Below the pieces are notes generated by a model that was not told the origin of the DNA, ran no database searches, and saw only the letters and a list, made by a program, of their open reading frames with translations. Positions 1-9,811 of a stretch of DNA of 64,000 bases are shown here, in pieces. The DNA is from a virus: positions 32,001-96,000 of IMG/VR virus record IMGVR_UViG_3300032213_001637. One strand, written 5' to 3'. The first letter of the stretch is position 1. Each line of letters opens with the position of its first letter. Position numbers and translations under genes: made by a program.

Positions 1-463
1 CGATAATAGATATTTCACTAATATATAAACCTAATTCTCTATTATCATTATCTGGAATCATTGGTTTGCTTTTAAACTTATAACTAGATGCATATGGTAT
101 TTCTATATCAACATGTCCATCCATATATGAAGTTTCAAATAGTATTTGATCTTGTGATGTAACCACCAATTTATTGTTTTCAACTGACGCTAAACCTATA
201 CGCATGTTTAATGAAATAAACGGAATGTTGACTGGAAATATAACTTCCAAAATAAACTCTGATTTTGACCAAAATAATCCATCTTGTTCAAGATCATACT
301 TATTATTAAAGTACAAAAACCAAGACTCCGATTTTTGATATTCGGTCTTGATAATTTCTCCAATAACACCAGATGTCACAACTTGTACACGTTTTTCGGA
401 ACGAGAAATTTTTGACTGTTTATTTACATAATCAGGTAAAAAGTTAAACTTATCTCTCGTCAT
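1..463 (-). CDS. hypothetical protein (runs off window edge)
   Basis: Manual translation from ATG at 463 (ATGA overlap with the upstream stop): MTRDKFNFLPDY...PDNDNRELGLYISEISII, open to position 1. Confidence 0.7.
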   Translation of the reverse strand, partial: MTRDKFNFLPDYVNKQSKISRSEKRVQVVTSGVIGEIIKTEYQKSESWFLYFNNKYDLEQDGLFWSKSEFILEVIFPVNIPFISLNMRIGLASVENNKLVVTSQDQILFETSYMDGHVDIEIPYASSYKFKSKPMIPDNDNRELGLYISEISII

Positions 464-1044
464 ATAGTTAATTTGCGTTCCAATTTCCAAACTTTAGCAA
501 TCAAAAATGAACCAAATTTATATATCAATCTACAGATAAATCGAATAACCTTGTTATATGGTTTGATGATTAATCTATAAAACATAGTGGATTCAACCAC
601 TTTTCGATTTTTAAGTTCTTCAATATGTTGTTTATGGAGTTCTTTTCGTTTGGTGTTATCGTTTATTTCAAACTTAATTGGTTTAATCTTGTCAATAACT
701 CCGTCAATAAATACAACTTCAAATTCAACCCAATAGTCATATACACCACCATCATTATTTTGATAATCATACATACGGATGGTTCTGGTTGTTTTTACAT
801 GAGTCCACCAATGTTTGATTTCTTTTATAATACCAAACTTTTGTGAAAATGTTTTACCATTCGGATCGCCATCGATGTGTTCTCGTTCACATTCACGTAA
901 CCACAATGTACCATCTTCACGGATTTCATAAGAATCCAATCCGCAATCTAAATCTTTGGTTTGAAAAGACTCAACGATATACCCTTTAGTATCTTCCGGC
1001 AGCGGAAGTGGATACTTACATACTATGTCATCGAACATTCCCAT
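460..1044 (-). CDS. phage hypothetical protein (MGMFD N-terminus)
   Basis: 194 aa ORF in a tightly packed minus-strand operon. Confidence 0.7.
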   Translation of the reverse strand: MGMFDDIVCKYPLPLPEDTKGYIVESFQTKDLDCGLDSYEIREDGTLWLRECEREHIDGDPNGKTFSQKFGIIKEIKHWWTHVKTTRTIRMYDYQNNDGGVYDYWVEFEVVFIDGVIDKIKPIKFEINDNTKRKELHKQHIEELKNRKVVESTMFYRLIIKPYNKVIRFICRLIYKFGSFLIAKVWKLERKLTI

Positions 1045-1047
1045 AAA

Positions 1048-1251
1048 TCATCCTTTTGGATATGTAATTTCATACTGAATTTCATGATACTTGCCCATAA
1101 AAATACGAAATTGAGGCATTTCTAATGTAGGATAATAGTTGGCTTGAATCACAATCTTGTTTGATTGTTCATTTTCATAGTTAGCATACTTGAACCACTC
1201 TTTTGCAGCCCAATTATCCCAAACATCTTTAAGAATTTGACGTTTATTCAT
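1048..1251 (-). CDS. small hypothetical protein (IxANYYP motif)
   Basis: 67 aa; resembles 1634..1822. Confidence 0.6.
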   Translation of the reverse strand: MNKRQILKDVWDNWAAKEWFKYANYENEQSNKIVIQANYYPTLEMPQFRIFMGKYHEIQYEITYPKG

Positions 1252-1615
1252 GTTTTGTTTTAGTTTCTACCATCGGTGAATTAAAAAATTTCGACTGTAA
1301 ACGGCGCTTACAGTCGAAACGGGTTAAATTAGTGTTATCAATATCTTTTCCAATTGAAACTTCTTCACTAGAACGAATTTTATCTACCAATAGGAATGTT
1401 TTACAATTTTCATCATACAGATCTCGATACTCTTGTGAAGTAATTATTTCTGTGACCTTTTCATATCCCAATTGGTGATACAATTCATCAAAGAGTTTAT
1501 TAAACCCAAGTTGTGATGCCGCAATCTTTGAGGGATCAATACAATTAGCAATCTTGACTTGAAAAATAGTCAAGATATCAAACGCATAACCTTCATCGAC
1601 ACTGATTGTAACCAT
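1244..1615 (-). CDS. hypothetical protein, possibly DUF6165-like
   Basis: 123 aa; N-terminal ISVDEGYAFDILTIFQVK pattern. Confidence 0.5.
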   Translation of the reverse strand: MVTISVDEGYAFDILTIFQVKIANCIDPSKIAASQLGFNKLFDELYHQLGYEKVTEIITSQEYRDLYDENCKTFLLVDKIRSSEEVSIGKDIDNTNLTRFDCKRRLQSKFFNSPMVETKTKHE

Positions 1616-1633
1616 AATTTGTGGGTATATATA

Positions 1634-1822
1634 TTAGATACCTAATGTACGGATACTTATTTTAATTTTATTTGATTTGGCAAAATCATAAACCTTACCG
1701 TCTTCAGTATATGGATAGTAATTTGCATAAATAATAAACTCACGTTTATTTAATCCATTTTCTATACGATTATACCAAGGACGTTTGCCAAATGTATTTG
1801 TAATTAATTCAATCGGTGTCAT
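1634..1822 (-). CDS. small hypothetical protein (IxANYYP motif)
   Basis: 62 aa; ATGA-coupled to the clamp loader stop. Confidence 0.6.
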   Translation of the reverse strand: MTPIELITNTFGKRPWYNRIENGLNKREFIIYANYYPYTEDGKVYDFAKSNKIKISIRTLGI

Positions 1823-2787
1823 TTTCGTAAATCAGTCAGAAGTTTGCTGATACATGCCATCAAAGCAATCTCCTTCAAAGGAGTAATCAACAAACTACAC
1901 TGATACATATATTCCGAAATGATTATTGTAGCAATAGCTTGTTTGCCATTTGCGTATTCATCCACCTTCTGATATAAAACCGCAAAGTAATCATCGTAGA
2001 CCTTAATACGTTGATCCGCAATAAATTGTCGAATCTCATTAAAAGTTGTAGGTTTACCAATACCATTCTTGATCATTTCAATCAACTTCTGATGGGTATC
2101 AGTCTTTAAGGATGACTCCTTATTGATCTTCAACTTACCTTCAAAAGTAGACTGTTGTGCAACATTGATAACCTTACGAATGTCAGGATAATACGTGTTA
2201 ACAATATACGCCAAGTCGTCGTTTTGATATTCAACATTCTCAGTCTTGAGAATCTTGGTCATATGAACTGCGACCGAAACCTTGGTCATTGGTGCAATCT
2301 CAAACGTCATACAACGTGAAACAATCGGAAGAATCATCTTCTCATGATAGTTACATGTCAGAATGAACCTAGTAGACATACTAAACGTCTCCATCAAGTT
2401 ACGCAAAGCCGCTTGTGCTTCTGGTGACATATAATCACATTCGTCAAGAATGATAACCTTCAAAGGTTTGATACCTACACAAGACGCAAAACTCTTGATC
2501 TTGGTTCGAACATTATCGACCTTATTTTCATCAGACGCATTAATATACAATACATCACAGCTGATCTGTTTAGTCAACAGTTTAGCCAACGTGGTCTTTC
2601 CAGTGCCAGCACCACCATACAACATCAAATGTGGAATGTTCTGTTGATCGATATACGACTTAACCGTATTGGTGATATTCTCATTACCGATGTAGTTTTC
2701 AATAGTTGTAGGTCGATACTTCTCAACCCACAAACTATGAACCTTAGTATCATCAGTATGACTGACCTCTTCAAAAAAGGCATCCAT
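1819..2787 (-). CDS. clamp loader AAA+ subunit (T4 gp44/RFC-small-like)
   Basis: LWVEKYRP, Walker A GGAGTGKT, INASDE, Walker B ILDECD, SRC motif. Confidence 0.95.
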   Translation of the reverse strand: MDAFFEEVSHTDDTKVHSLWVEKYRPTTIENYIGNENITNTVKSYIDQQNIPHLMLYGGAGTGKTTLAKLLTKQISCDVLYINASDENKVDNVRTKIKSFASCVGIKPLKVIILDECDYMSPEAQAALRNLMETFSMSTRFILTCNYHEKMILPIVSRCMTFEIAPMTKVSVAVHMTKILKTENVEYQNDDLAYIVNTYYPDIRKVINVAQQSTFEGKLKINKESSLKTDTHQKLIEMIKNGIGKPTTFNEIRQFIADQRIKVYDDYFAVLYQKVDEYANGKQAIATIIISEYMYQCSLLITPLKEIALMACISKLLTDLRK

Positions 2788-2792
2788 AAGAA

Positions 2793-3536
2793 TTATTCTC
2801 TGGCTTGAACAGGACCAAAGTGATAAGTAGCATCAAAGGTATCGGTACTGAACTGAACAGTTGCCAATCCTGACTCAGAAACCTTCAATACAGCGTTTTC
2901 ACACTCGTTGTTAGAATCCAACACACTCTTGAGAAAATCTGCATTAAAGTTCAAAGGCTTGTCAAGCTTCGCCGTTCCAGTCTTGATAGGAACATCCAAA
3001 GTTACACGATTGCTGTTGATTGAAGCGTATCCGATTACCAATTGAACCGTATTAGTCTTTTTGTTCATCAAAAGAGTAAACTTGGATTCGTCAGACAACG
3101 CATCCTTGGCACTACGATACTTAGAAATGAACTCCTTGTTGAGATCAATTTCAAAGTGATATGTAGGTTGTTTCGCAAGACGTGAAGACTTAGGAATCAC
3201 AGTCAACTCAGCCGTCATAAACTGAATCTCAGAGGTTTTATCAGAGAATGATAGAGAAGTCACACGTCCATCGTTCTGATTGATCGTCATGGTGATATCT
3301 TCACCCAGAGCCTTCAACATCTTCTGCAACTTATCAGTGTCATACACACCAATCTCATAATCGGCAGAAAGTCCTTCGACGTTCTTCCAGTTCACATCAT
3401 AAACCAAACTTTTGTCGCTGGTGATGGCACTCAGACTGATCTGATTGTCCTTGGTGGAAAGATTCCACTTAACTGCGGTTACTTCTCCGTTAAGAGAATA
3501 TTTATTAATGAATTTTTGTAGGTTTGTCTTTGTCAT
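2793..3536 (-). CDS. DNA sliding clamp (T4 gp45-like)
   Basis: About 247 aa beta-rich protein directly upstream of the clamp loader; start refined to ATG 3536, downstream of a promoter. Confidence 0.8.
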   Translation of the reverse strand: MTKTNLQKFINKYSLNGEVTAVKWNLSTKDNQISLSAITSDKSLVYDVNWKNVEGLSADYEIGVYDTDKLQKMLKALGEDITMTINQNDGRVTSLSFSDKTSEIQFMTAELTVIPKSSRLAKQPTYHFEIDLNKEFISKYRSAKDALSDESKFTLLMNKKTNTVQLVIGYASINSNRVTLDVPIKTGTAKLDKPLNFNADFLKSVLDSNNECENAVLKVSESGLATVQFSTDTFDATYHFGPVQARE

Positions 3537-3559
3537 AACTTTTTTAAGTTGTTCTTTAT

Positions 3560-3588
3560 ACTGTAGTCTAACTATCTCGATCTGTCCA
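3560..3588 (-). promoter_or_regulatory. sigma70-like promoter for clamp/clamp loader
   Basis: TGGACA-N17-TACAGT. Confidence 0.55.
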
Positions 3589-3589
3589 T

Positions 3590-4051
3590 TTAATTTATCC
3601 AATATTCGTTCTCAGACTGTTCGGGGAATTCTTTCACAAAGTCCGTACATATAGCATGGCATTTGGTACGATCTCCAATCCATCCTCTTTCTGGCAAAAC
3701 ACACACGCTTTCAGGATACAACTGTTTGCCCGGATAGGTCCAAATGTATCGTTTGCTGGTCAATACCCAATCTTCGGTGGTATGCCAAAATACGTTAACT
3801 GAATAATCCTGAAACAACATATTAAATGCGTCTCCATTTTTTGCATGAAGCCAAAACTTATGATTGGTTAGAAAATCATACTTGACTTCATACAATGGTT
3901 CATCATGTCCCAGATACCACTTGGTTTTAATATACCAGACATCAATTTCAACATCATGTCCAGCCTTTTCAGCAAATTTGATATAATCCGGATGGTTTTC
4001 CTTTTCAGGAATAGATCCATTCAAATTACCTCGGTGTGATATTAGTTTCAT
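3590..4051 (-). CDS. PLC/glycerophosphodiester phosphodiesterase-like protein
   Basis: ISHRGN, EN, VEIDVW, LGHD and WLHAKN motifs. Confidence 0.8.
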   Translation of the reverse strand: MKLISHRGNLNGSIPEKENHPDYIKFAEKAGHDVEIDVWYIKTKWYLGHDEPLYEVKYDFLTNHKFWLHAKNGDAFNMLFQDYSVNVFWHTTEDWVLTSKRYIWTYPGKQLYPESVCVLPERGWIGDRTKCHAICTDFVKEFPEQSENEYWIN

Positions 4052-5411
4052 AATACTTCAAAAAATACTCCAAATCTTCTGGTGTTCCCAATCCCCACAT
4101 CTTTTCAATGTTAAATGTACGAATACGTTTACCATCCATAATAGCTTCATTGAATACGGGACAAACATAAAACTCGTTATTAACCCGAATATTCTTTTGA
4201 ATCATCTGTTCGGCATACTTAACATAATCACTTCCACGTCTCCAATAGTATATGCCTACCGTCGCCACGTCACTTATAGGACGTTTTTCAGCAACTTCGG
4301 TAACATACCCAAATTCGTTCAGTTTTACATAACTCCACTTAGGATGTGTAGACTTAAAGGTAAGAATGTTACCGTCCAAATCCCCCGTTGTCGAGACATA
4401 AATGAACTCTTCATTGTTCCACTCCACAAACTGATCACTATTGGCAATAATAAGAGGTTCATCTTTATCGATAAATGTTTTTGCCAACAAGGTTGTACAT
4501 GCCGCGCCCTCAGTGATTCCCTCGACCTGAACAATTTCATTGTTGGGACAGAAATTATTCAATGTATCTTTTAGATTATACTTTTCAAAATGACTCTTTT
4601 GAACAATAAAGATATACTTCGATTCTACATTCAAATTGTCAACAACCCATTGAATCATAGGCTTTCCTCTTACATCAATCAAAGGTTTTGGAAATGTATA
4701 TCCCGCCTTTTCAAATCGACTTCCAGCTCCTGCCATTGGTATTAAAACATTCATTTTTCCTCCTTGCCACTTTGGTATTTTAACATTCTTATTTATACAA
4801 TCAATATGTCCAGTAATATGTTCATATGTTACATCTGATGAATTATTTACTCCAAGTAAATATGCCCCACTGTTGTTTGCCGCGTTACGTCCAATCACAC
4901 TATCTTCAATGATAAACGTTTCTTTAGGTGTTACACCAGCGGTAATCATTGATCTCAAATAAATTTCCGGGTGGGGTTTTGGATATTTAACATCTTCATT
5001 AGACAAATAAAAGTCAACATATTCCAATAATCCCAACTTCAATAAAGTAATCTTTACACTATCACGAATGCTGTTACTAGCAACTGCAATTGTATAACGA
5101 TGTTCATTTTTTAACTTTTTAAGAACTTCAATTAGTCGATTATCAGGTGATAACTCTTTCAACATTTGATAAGTATATGATTGTTTCCGTAGCCATATAC
5201 ATTGAAACTCTGTTCCAGATAATCCCTTTTCACGACCAAGTAAATCCAATTTCTTATGAGTACTCAGTCCATCATACTTGGCAAGATGTTCATCATATGA
5301 AATTTCATACTTTGGATCAACATCACGTAACGATTTGTTGAAGGCATCATAGTGAAGTTTCTTGGTTTCAACCAAAACTCCATCCAAATCAAAAACAATT
5401 AATTTAATCAT
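4026..5411 (-). CDS. fused HAD phosphatase + sugar nucleotidyltransferase
   Basis: N-terminal FDLDGVL, KPHP, IEDS; C-terminal IPMAGAGSRF, PKPLI, ANSDQ, LGTPEDL. Confidence 0.9.
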   Translation of the reverse strand: MIKLIVFDLDGVLVETKKLHYDAFNKSLRDVDPKYEISYDEHLAKYDGLSTHKKLDLLGREKGLSGTEFQCIWLRKQSYTYQMLKELSPDNRLIEVLKKLKNEHRYTIAVASNSIRDSVKITLLKLGLLEYVDFYLSNEDVKYPKPHPEIYLRSMITAGVTPKETFIIEDSVIGRNAANNSGAYLLGVNNSSDVTYEHITGHIDCINKNVKIPKWQGGKMNVLIPMAGAGSRFEKAGYTFPKPLIDVRGKPMIQWVVDNLNVESKYIFIVQKSHFEKYNLKDTLNNFCPNNEIVQVEGITEGAACTTLLAKTFIDKDEPLIIANSDQFVEWNNEEFIYVSTTGDLDGNILTFKSTHPKWSYVKLNEFGYVTEVAEKRPISDVATVGIYYWRRGSDYVKYAEQMIQKNIRVNNEFYVCPVFNEAIMDGKRIRTFNIEKMWGLGTPEDLEYFLKYYETNITPR

Positions 5412-6196
5412 ACGTACTGAGTAACATCAAAATTTGGGTATACATGTTCAAAGTAATGAAACATATATGTACCCTCAGATGTTTTACGACTCATAATTAA
5501 CGAAGAATTAGGAAGTAAAGTTTTTATATTATTCAATTCGAATTGTTTTTTAAACAACAAATGAGATATACAGTTCTGACACATATCACATAGTGACAAT
5601 ATATCATCGTATACACTACAATAGACCTCAAATGGATGTTGTTTAGCAATACAGAAATTGTCATCTATCCATCCTTCTCCACATCCATATATCTTACCAC
5701 CACAATTAACTACGTGGTCAACGTGGGTAATAATAGAATCATCCGTTAACCGATTTAAATGATCTACATTAAATGGATGTCTCAATCCAACGTCAGGTCG
5801 AATACGAACATAATAGTCATATTTCATACTATTCATACGTTCATACTGTTTAACAATTTTATATAAACGATTTAACTTATAAAGCCAATACAATGTATTT
5901 GAAACTTTATTATCAGTGCTATGTTGATACTTCTTAATACGTTCCTGATGTTCGTTAAAATTATTAACAATACCACCGGTAAAAGGTGTCAGCGTTTCAA
6001 TGTCAGTAATTTTAAAATGTGGTTGAAACGCATCAATACATGATTCAGTATCGTGTTCATCCCAGAAAGATCCAAACATATCAACATTATGACCCGAATC
6101 TAAAAGTGGTTGAATCAAATTGTTTTTATTCAAATCTAACACCAAATTAAACCGTTCGGTTCTTCCTGACATCAAAATAGCAATATTCATAATCAA
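5408..6196 (-). CDS. putative glycosyltransferase-like / glycan-associated protein
   Basis: IAILMSGR N-terminus and YDYYVRIRPD motif typical of proteins in polysaccharide loci. Confidence 0.55.
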   Translation of the reverse strand: MIMNIAILMSGRTERFNLVLDLNKNNLIQPLLDSGHNVDMFGSFWDEHDTESCIDAFQPHFKITDIETLTPFTGGIVNNFNEHQERIKKYQHSTDNKVSNTLYWLYKLNRLYKIVKQYERMNSMKYDYYVRIRPDVGLRHPFNVDHLNRLTDDSIITHVDHVVNCGGKIYGCGEGWIDDNFCIAKQHPFEVYCSVYDDILSLCDMCQNCISHLLFKKQFELNNIKTLLPNSSLIMSRKTSEGTYMFHYFEHVYPNFDVTQYV

Positions 6197-8736
6197 AACT
6201 CAAAAAACTCAGATGCAGCTTTCCAATTTGAATTAGGATACTCCCACTTCAAAACCGTGTAAAAGTCAACAAGTTTACTCTTCAACTCTTGTTCATACAT
6301 GGTATCACGATCCATATACTTGGTGATAATATCCATAATCTGATGAGGATCCGTACCATCTGCCTTCATCGCAAGACACTCAATACCATACTCATTCTGT
6401 TTTAGATACACCCACTTGATTTTCTGACCATGAAATATCGGCGGAATAATCTTTGTCAAATTGAAATGAGTCAACAAATCATTATAGTACAACGACGCTT
6501 TAACCTGTGCAGGAGTACCAGATATAATTTGAAACGGTTGACGACTCTTAGGATTATAGTCAGCCTTAGTGGCTTCACTCTTGAACTTCACACTCGTATT
6601 CTTTGCAAGTTCAATAACACCAAAATTCTTCATGTCCTCTGTGAACTGTAGAATGTTGTTATTGATCGTCTCTTTATCAACATTCTTCAACAGATCAATC
6701 AAAAACTGTTTCATGAAGGTACGAAATTTGGCAGGAAACGACGTTCTAACTACGTCAATACCTTTAACTTCCAATTCGTCACACTCAACACCACCCTTGT
6801 TAATGATGAACTGACAATACCTTTTCTTAGCCAGCCAAAACGATGACTTAGCAATCACCTCTTGTTTTGCATCAAAACGATGATTCTTAACATTAAACAA
6901 ACGAACCGCCATAATGTCAAACATCTGATTAACATACTTCTGAACTTCTTCAGTAACTTTCAGAATAGCTTCAGTCATCTGTTTTTCATCATTCACATCA
7001 ATGTCAGGCATCGTTTTCTTGATAATAGGTAACGCACTGGCAAAACAAGAATCGGTATCAACATAAATGACATAATCGTTTCCATTAGCGTCATCACCCA
7101 ATACATTCTTATAATACTGGTTGATTGCCATATTCGCCGTCTTGATAATACTGACACCACTCAATGTAACTGCTTCAGCGTTGTCCTTATCATAAAAACG
7201 AAACACAGGAAGACCCAAACAACCATAAATGGAGTTTAGCAAGATCTTCTGCACCTTTTGACGTTGATCATAGAACTCATACATTTCCCATTCCTTTGCA
7301 TCAGCGTGTTTCTTAGCCAACTTACGCATTTCTTTACGTTCATTGAACCACTTAATTAGAATACTAGGAATTGTACCTTCTTGACCTTCTCCCTTTGGAA
7401 GTTTGTATACCGCTCCATTACTAGCAACGCTGAGATTGTTTTGAACCAACATTTCGTTAAAGTCCTGAGTAGAATACTTCTGACCACTGAGAATTACTTC
7501 AGTCAACTTACCACGAACAAAATCTTCGGCATTCCAATTTTCAACCTTCGCTATCTTAGTCTCAGGACTAATGTTGAGGCTGATAATGATATTAGGATAC
7601 ATTGATGTAAGGTCCAAGTCAAAAACCCAATCATAACGGCCAGGCACAGGAGGTTTAACATACGCACCTTCAAATCCTTCTTCTCCGTCTTCCAATCGTT
7701 GTTCATATTCTTCACGTCCTTCCAAAGGTTTGTTCGGAGCCACACGACCTTGACGACGCAAATAAATCAATATTGCACCTTCAAGGTAACGTGATGAAGT
7801 TCCAAAGTGTTCATAACCAACGTGTCCGGTATGACAAATACGACGTGCCAGATCAATGAATTGGAGTTTCTTATCAAGCGCCACAACGATCTTAACGTCA
7901 TTCAAGTTATATTCGATATATGTTTGAATGTCATCACGATACAAGTCGTTAAGACTTCCAGTATAAGTGATCTTATCAATATTGACTACCTTTTTACCAA
8001 TAGCACCAAGGGTATAACTCGGTTCATTTTTGCCACTGAACTTCTTGTAGAGTTCAATGTAGTCCATACATGAAACACCTGCTACGACCATTCGTTTGGC
8101 AAAGTTGTTATAATAACACTCATGAATTGGACTCAACCTCTTGGCAAAGTTGACACCCATCACACGTTTGATACGATTGTACAAATAAGGAACGTCGAAT
8201 CCATCAATGTTCCATCCTGTGATGATTGTGGGTTGAATTTCTTCCCATTTATTCATGAAGTGACTGATTAAAGATTCTTCATTATTGAAACTCTGAATAA
8301 TTGTATCATTGGTTTCACTGTCTTGAAGTTTACCTTCCTTATCCAAAATAAACGCTGTGTACTTGGATGTAGCACCATCATACAAAGCGATAGCAGTCAG
8401 TTCCTTATCACCCTCATCAATAATTGGAAATCCACCTTCGGAACTAACTTCAATATCGAAAAACACCACACGATGTCCCTTGGAAGGTTCATCACTGTCT
8501 TCGTAAGCGTCAATCAACACTCTTGTTTCGGGAGGAACGTCTCCTTCAAAGATTGAAGGATCGTTACGGTTGAAGTTTGTAACCTTTTCTAGTTCATCAC
8601 CGTAAACGGAACGATAACGTCCACCTGACTTCTTACGATACGCATACTTAGGTTGGGGAAACGTAACGTATCCCTTTTGATCGTCCCACAGGTGGACGGT
8701 TTCAGTTTTCTTGTCGATATAAATATTTTGATACAT
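6193..8736 (-). CDS. family B DNA polymerase (T4 gp43-like)
   Basis: Exo FFDIE, GWNIDGFD, YNLND; Pol DLTSMYP, KILLNSIYG, YVDTDS, KKRY; no intein seen. Confidence 0.97.
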   Translation of the reverse strand: MYQNIYIDKKTETVHLWDDQKGYVTFPQPKYAYRKKSGGRYRSVYGDELEKVTNFNRNDPSIFEGDVPPETRVLIDAYEDSDEPSKGHRVVFFDIEVSSEGGFPIIDEGDKELTAIALYDGATSKYTAFILDKEGKLQDSETNDTIIQSFNNEESLISHFMNKWEEIQPTIITGWNIDGFDVPYLYNRIKRVMGVNFAKRLSPIHECYYNNFAKRMVVAGVSCMDYIELYKKFSGKNEPSYTLGAIGKKVVNIDKITYTGSLNDLYRDDIQTYIEYNLNDVKIVVALDKKLQFIDLARRICHTGHVGYEHFGTSSRYLEGAILIYLRRQGRVAPNKPLEGREEYEQRLEDGEEGFEGAYVKPPVPGRYDWVFDLDLTSMYPNIIISLNISPETKIAKVENWNAEDFVRGKLTEVILSGQKYSTQDFNEMLVQNNLSVASNGAVYKLPKGEGQEGTIPSILIKWFNERKEMRKLAKKHADAKEWEMYEFYDQRQKVQKILLNSIYGCLGLPVFRFYDKDNAEAVTLSGVSIIKTANMAINQYYKNVLGDDANGNDYVIYVDTDSCFASALPIIKKTMPDIDVNDEKQMTEAILKVTEEVQKYVNQMFDIMAVRLFNVKNHRFDAKQEVIAKSSFWLAKKRYCQFIINKGGVECDELEVKGIDVVRTSFPAKFRTFMKQFLIDLLKNVDKETINNNILQFTEDMKNFGVIELAKNTSVKFKSEATKADYNPKSRQPFQIISGTPAQVKASLYYNDLLTHFNLTKIIPPIFHGQKIKWVYLKQNEYGIECLAMKADGTDPHQIMDIITKYMDRDTMYEQELKSKLVDFYTVLKWEYPNSNWKAASEFFEF

Positions 8737-8739
8737 AAC

Positions 8740-8973
8740 TTATTTGATATAACCCAACTTTGACTTCAAACTTTCATAGATGGAAAGGTGTTCTTCCTTA
8801 ATAGCAGTTTGTGTTGACAATACCCGTTCTGTCAACCAATGTTTTTGAATTGAAGGAAACAGCGCGGGTTCAATTTCAATGTCTGTAATAGCGGGCTTAT
8901 AAATCTTATTGACCATAAACCACAACATGGCTGTTTCATCCTCGTTTAGAGAATGTAGTTGTTCTAATGTCAT
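8740..8973 (-). CDS. hypothetical protein
   Basis: 77 aa, first gene after a promoter, upstream of polB. Confidence 0.65.
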   Translation of the reverse strand: MTLEQLHSLNEDETAMLWFMVNKIYKPAITDIEIEPALFPSIQKHWLTERVLSTQTAIKEEHLSIYESLKSKLGYIK

Positions 8974-8979
8974 CGTATA

Positions 8980-9008
8980 ACCTTAATCTACATTCGTCAA
9001 AACGTCAA
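8980..9008 (-). promoter_or_regulatory. sigma70-like promoter, near-leaderless
   Basis: TTGACG-N17-TAAGGT, 6 nt before ATG 8973. Confidence 0.55.
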
Positions 9009-9760
9009 TTAATTTTAATCCCACGAACGTTTTTATCGATTACGCAAAATCGAACGTTCTTTGAATCTTCAACCAACGAATTGACTCCCAATAGATATGA
9101 TTCAGAGTCTCCATTTACAGTTTCTTTAATTGAGAATATATTGCCACGACGTATGGTGTCAACTCCTCTTCCTTGAAATTTGGGAGCGGGAACAATAACC
9201 ACGGTTTGGTTAACTTTGACGCTTTCTTTTCTCTTGGACGAATTATCCAAAATAACGGCTGATCCGTCAAGAACAATAACCACGGTGGTACGGTCATCGG
9301 CCTGAATGACAAATTTACCCTTGGATAAAATGATTGATGCCAATTTGGTGTTGATGGTAGCAATTGATTCGGCATTTCCTCCTTGATTAGAATAAACATC
9401 AAGTTCACCTTCAATCAGTGACAAAGATTTTGAGTAAGTTTCGTACTTAACCGTTTCTGGTAAAGCGTTTGTATTAACGAAGGTTTGATCAAAGTTGTCA
9501 ACGGTAACATGTGCCAATTCTTTAACTTTAACAAAAACATCGTCTGAAAATGCCACAGTTACTTCTGAATTGGTGGCTGTTTTGAACGCATAGTTTTGAC
9601 CGTTGACAGTATATGTTTGACCAATAACGGGAGAATTGGTGGATAAAACATTATTAACCACATTTTCTAAAACGACATCTCCGGTTGATTTTTGGATGTA
9701 AAGCACTCCGTTAGCGTAGGTGGTTAACGTGAACAATAGGGTGAATATTATATTTCGCAT
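9005..9760 (-). CDS. secreted FecR-like beta-domain protein
   Basis: Signal peptide MRNIIFTLLFTLTTYA; FecR-like pattern (FSDD..VKVKE, LIEGEL, INT, VVIVLDGSA). Confidence 0.6.
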   Translation of the reverse strand: MRNIIFTLLFTLTTYANGVLYIQKSTGDVVLENVVNNVLSTNSPVIGQTYTVNGQNYAFKTATNSEVTVAFSDDVFVKVKELAHVTVDNFDQTFVNTNALPETVKYETYSKSLSLIEGELDVYSNQGGNAESIATINTKLASIILSKGKFVIQADDRTTVVIVLDGSAVILDNSSKRKESVKVNQTVVIVPAPKFQGRGVDTIRRGNIFSIKETVNGDSESYLLGVNSLVEDSKNVRFCVIDKNVRGIKIN

Positions 9761-9774
9761 AGGATTAGAAGATC

Positions 9775-9803
9775 TGGACTTTGAATATCGTATATGATAC
9801 TGT
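9775..9803 (+). promoter_or_regulatory. sigma70-like promoter, extended -10
   Basis: TGGACT-N17-TACTGT with TG extension, 8 nt before ATG 9812. Confidence 0.55.
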
Positions 9804-9811
9804 ATATAAGT

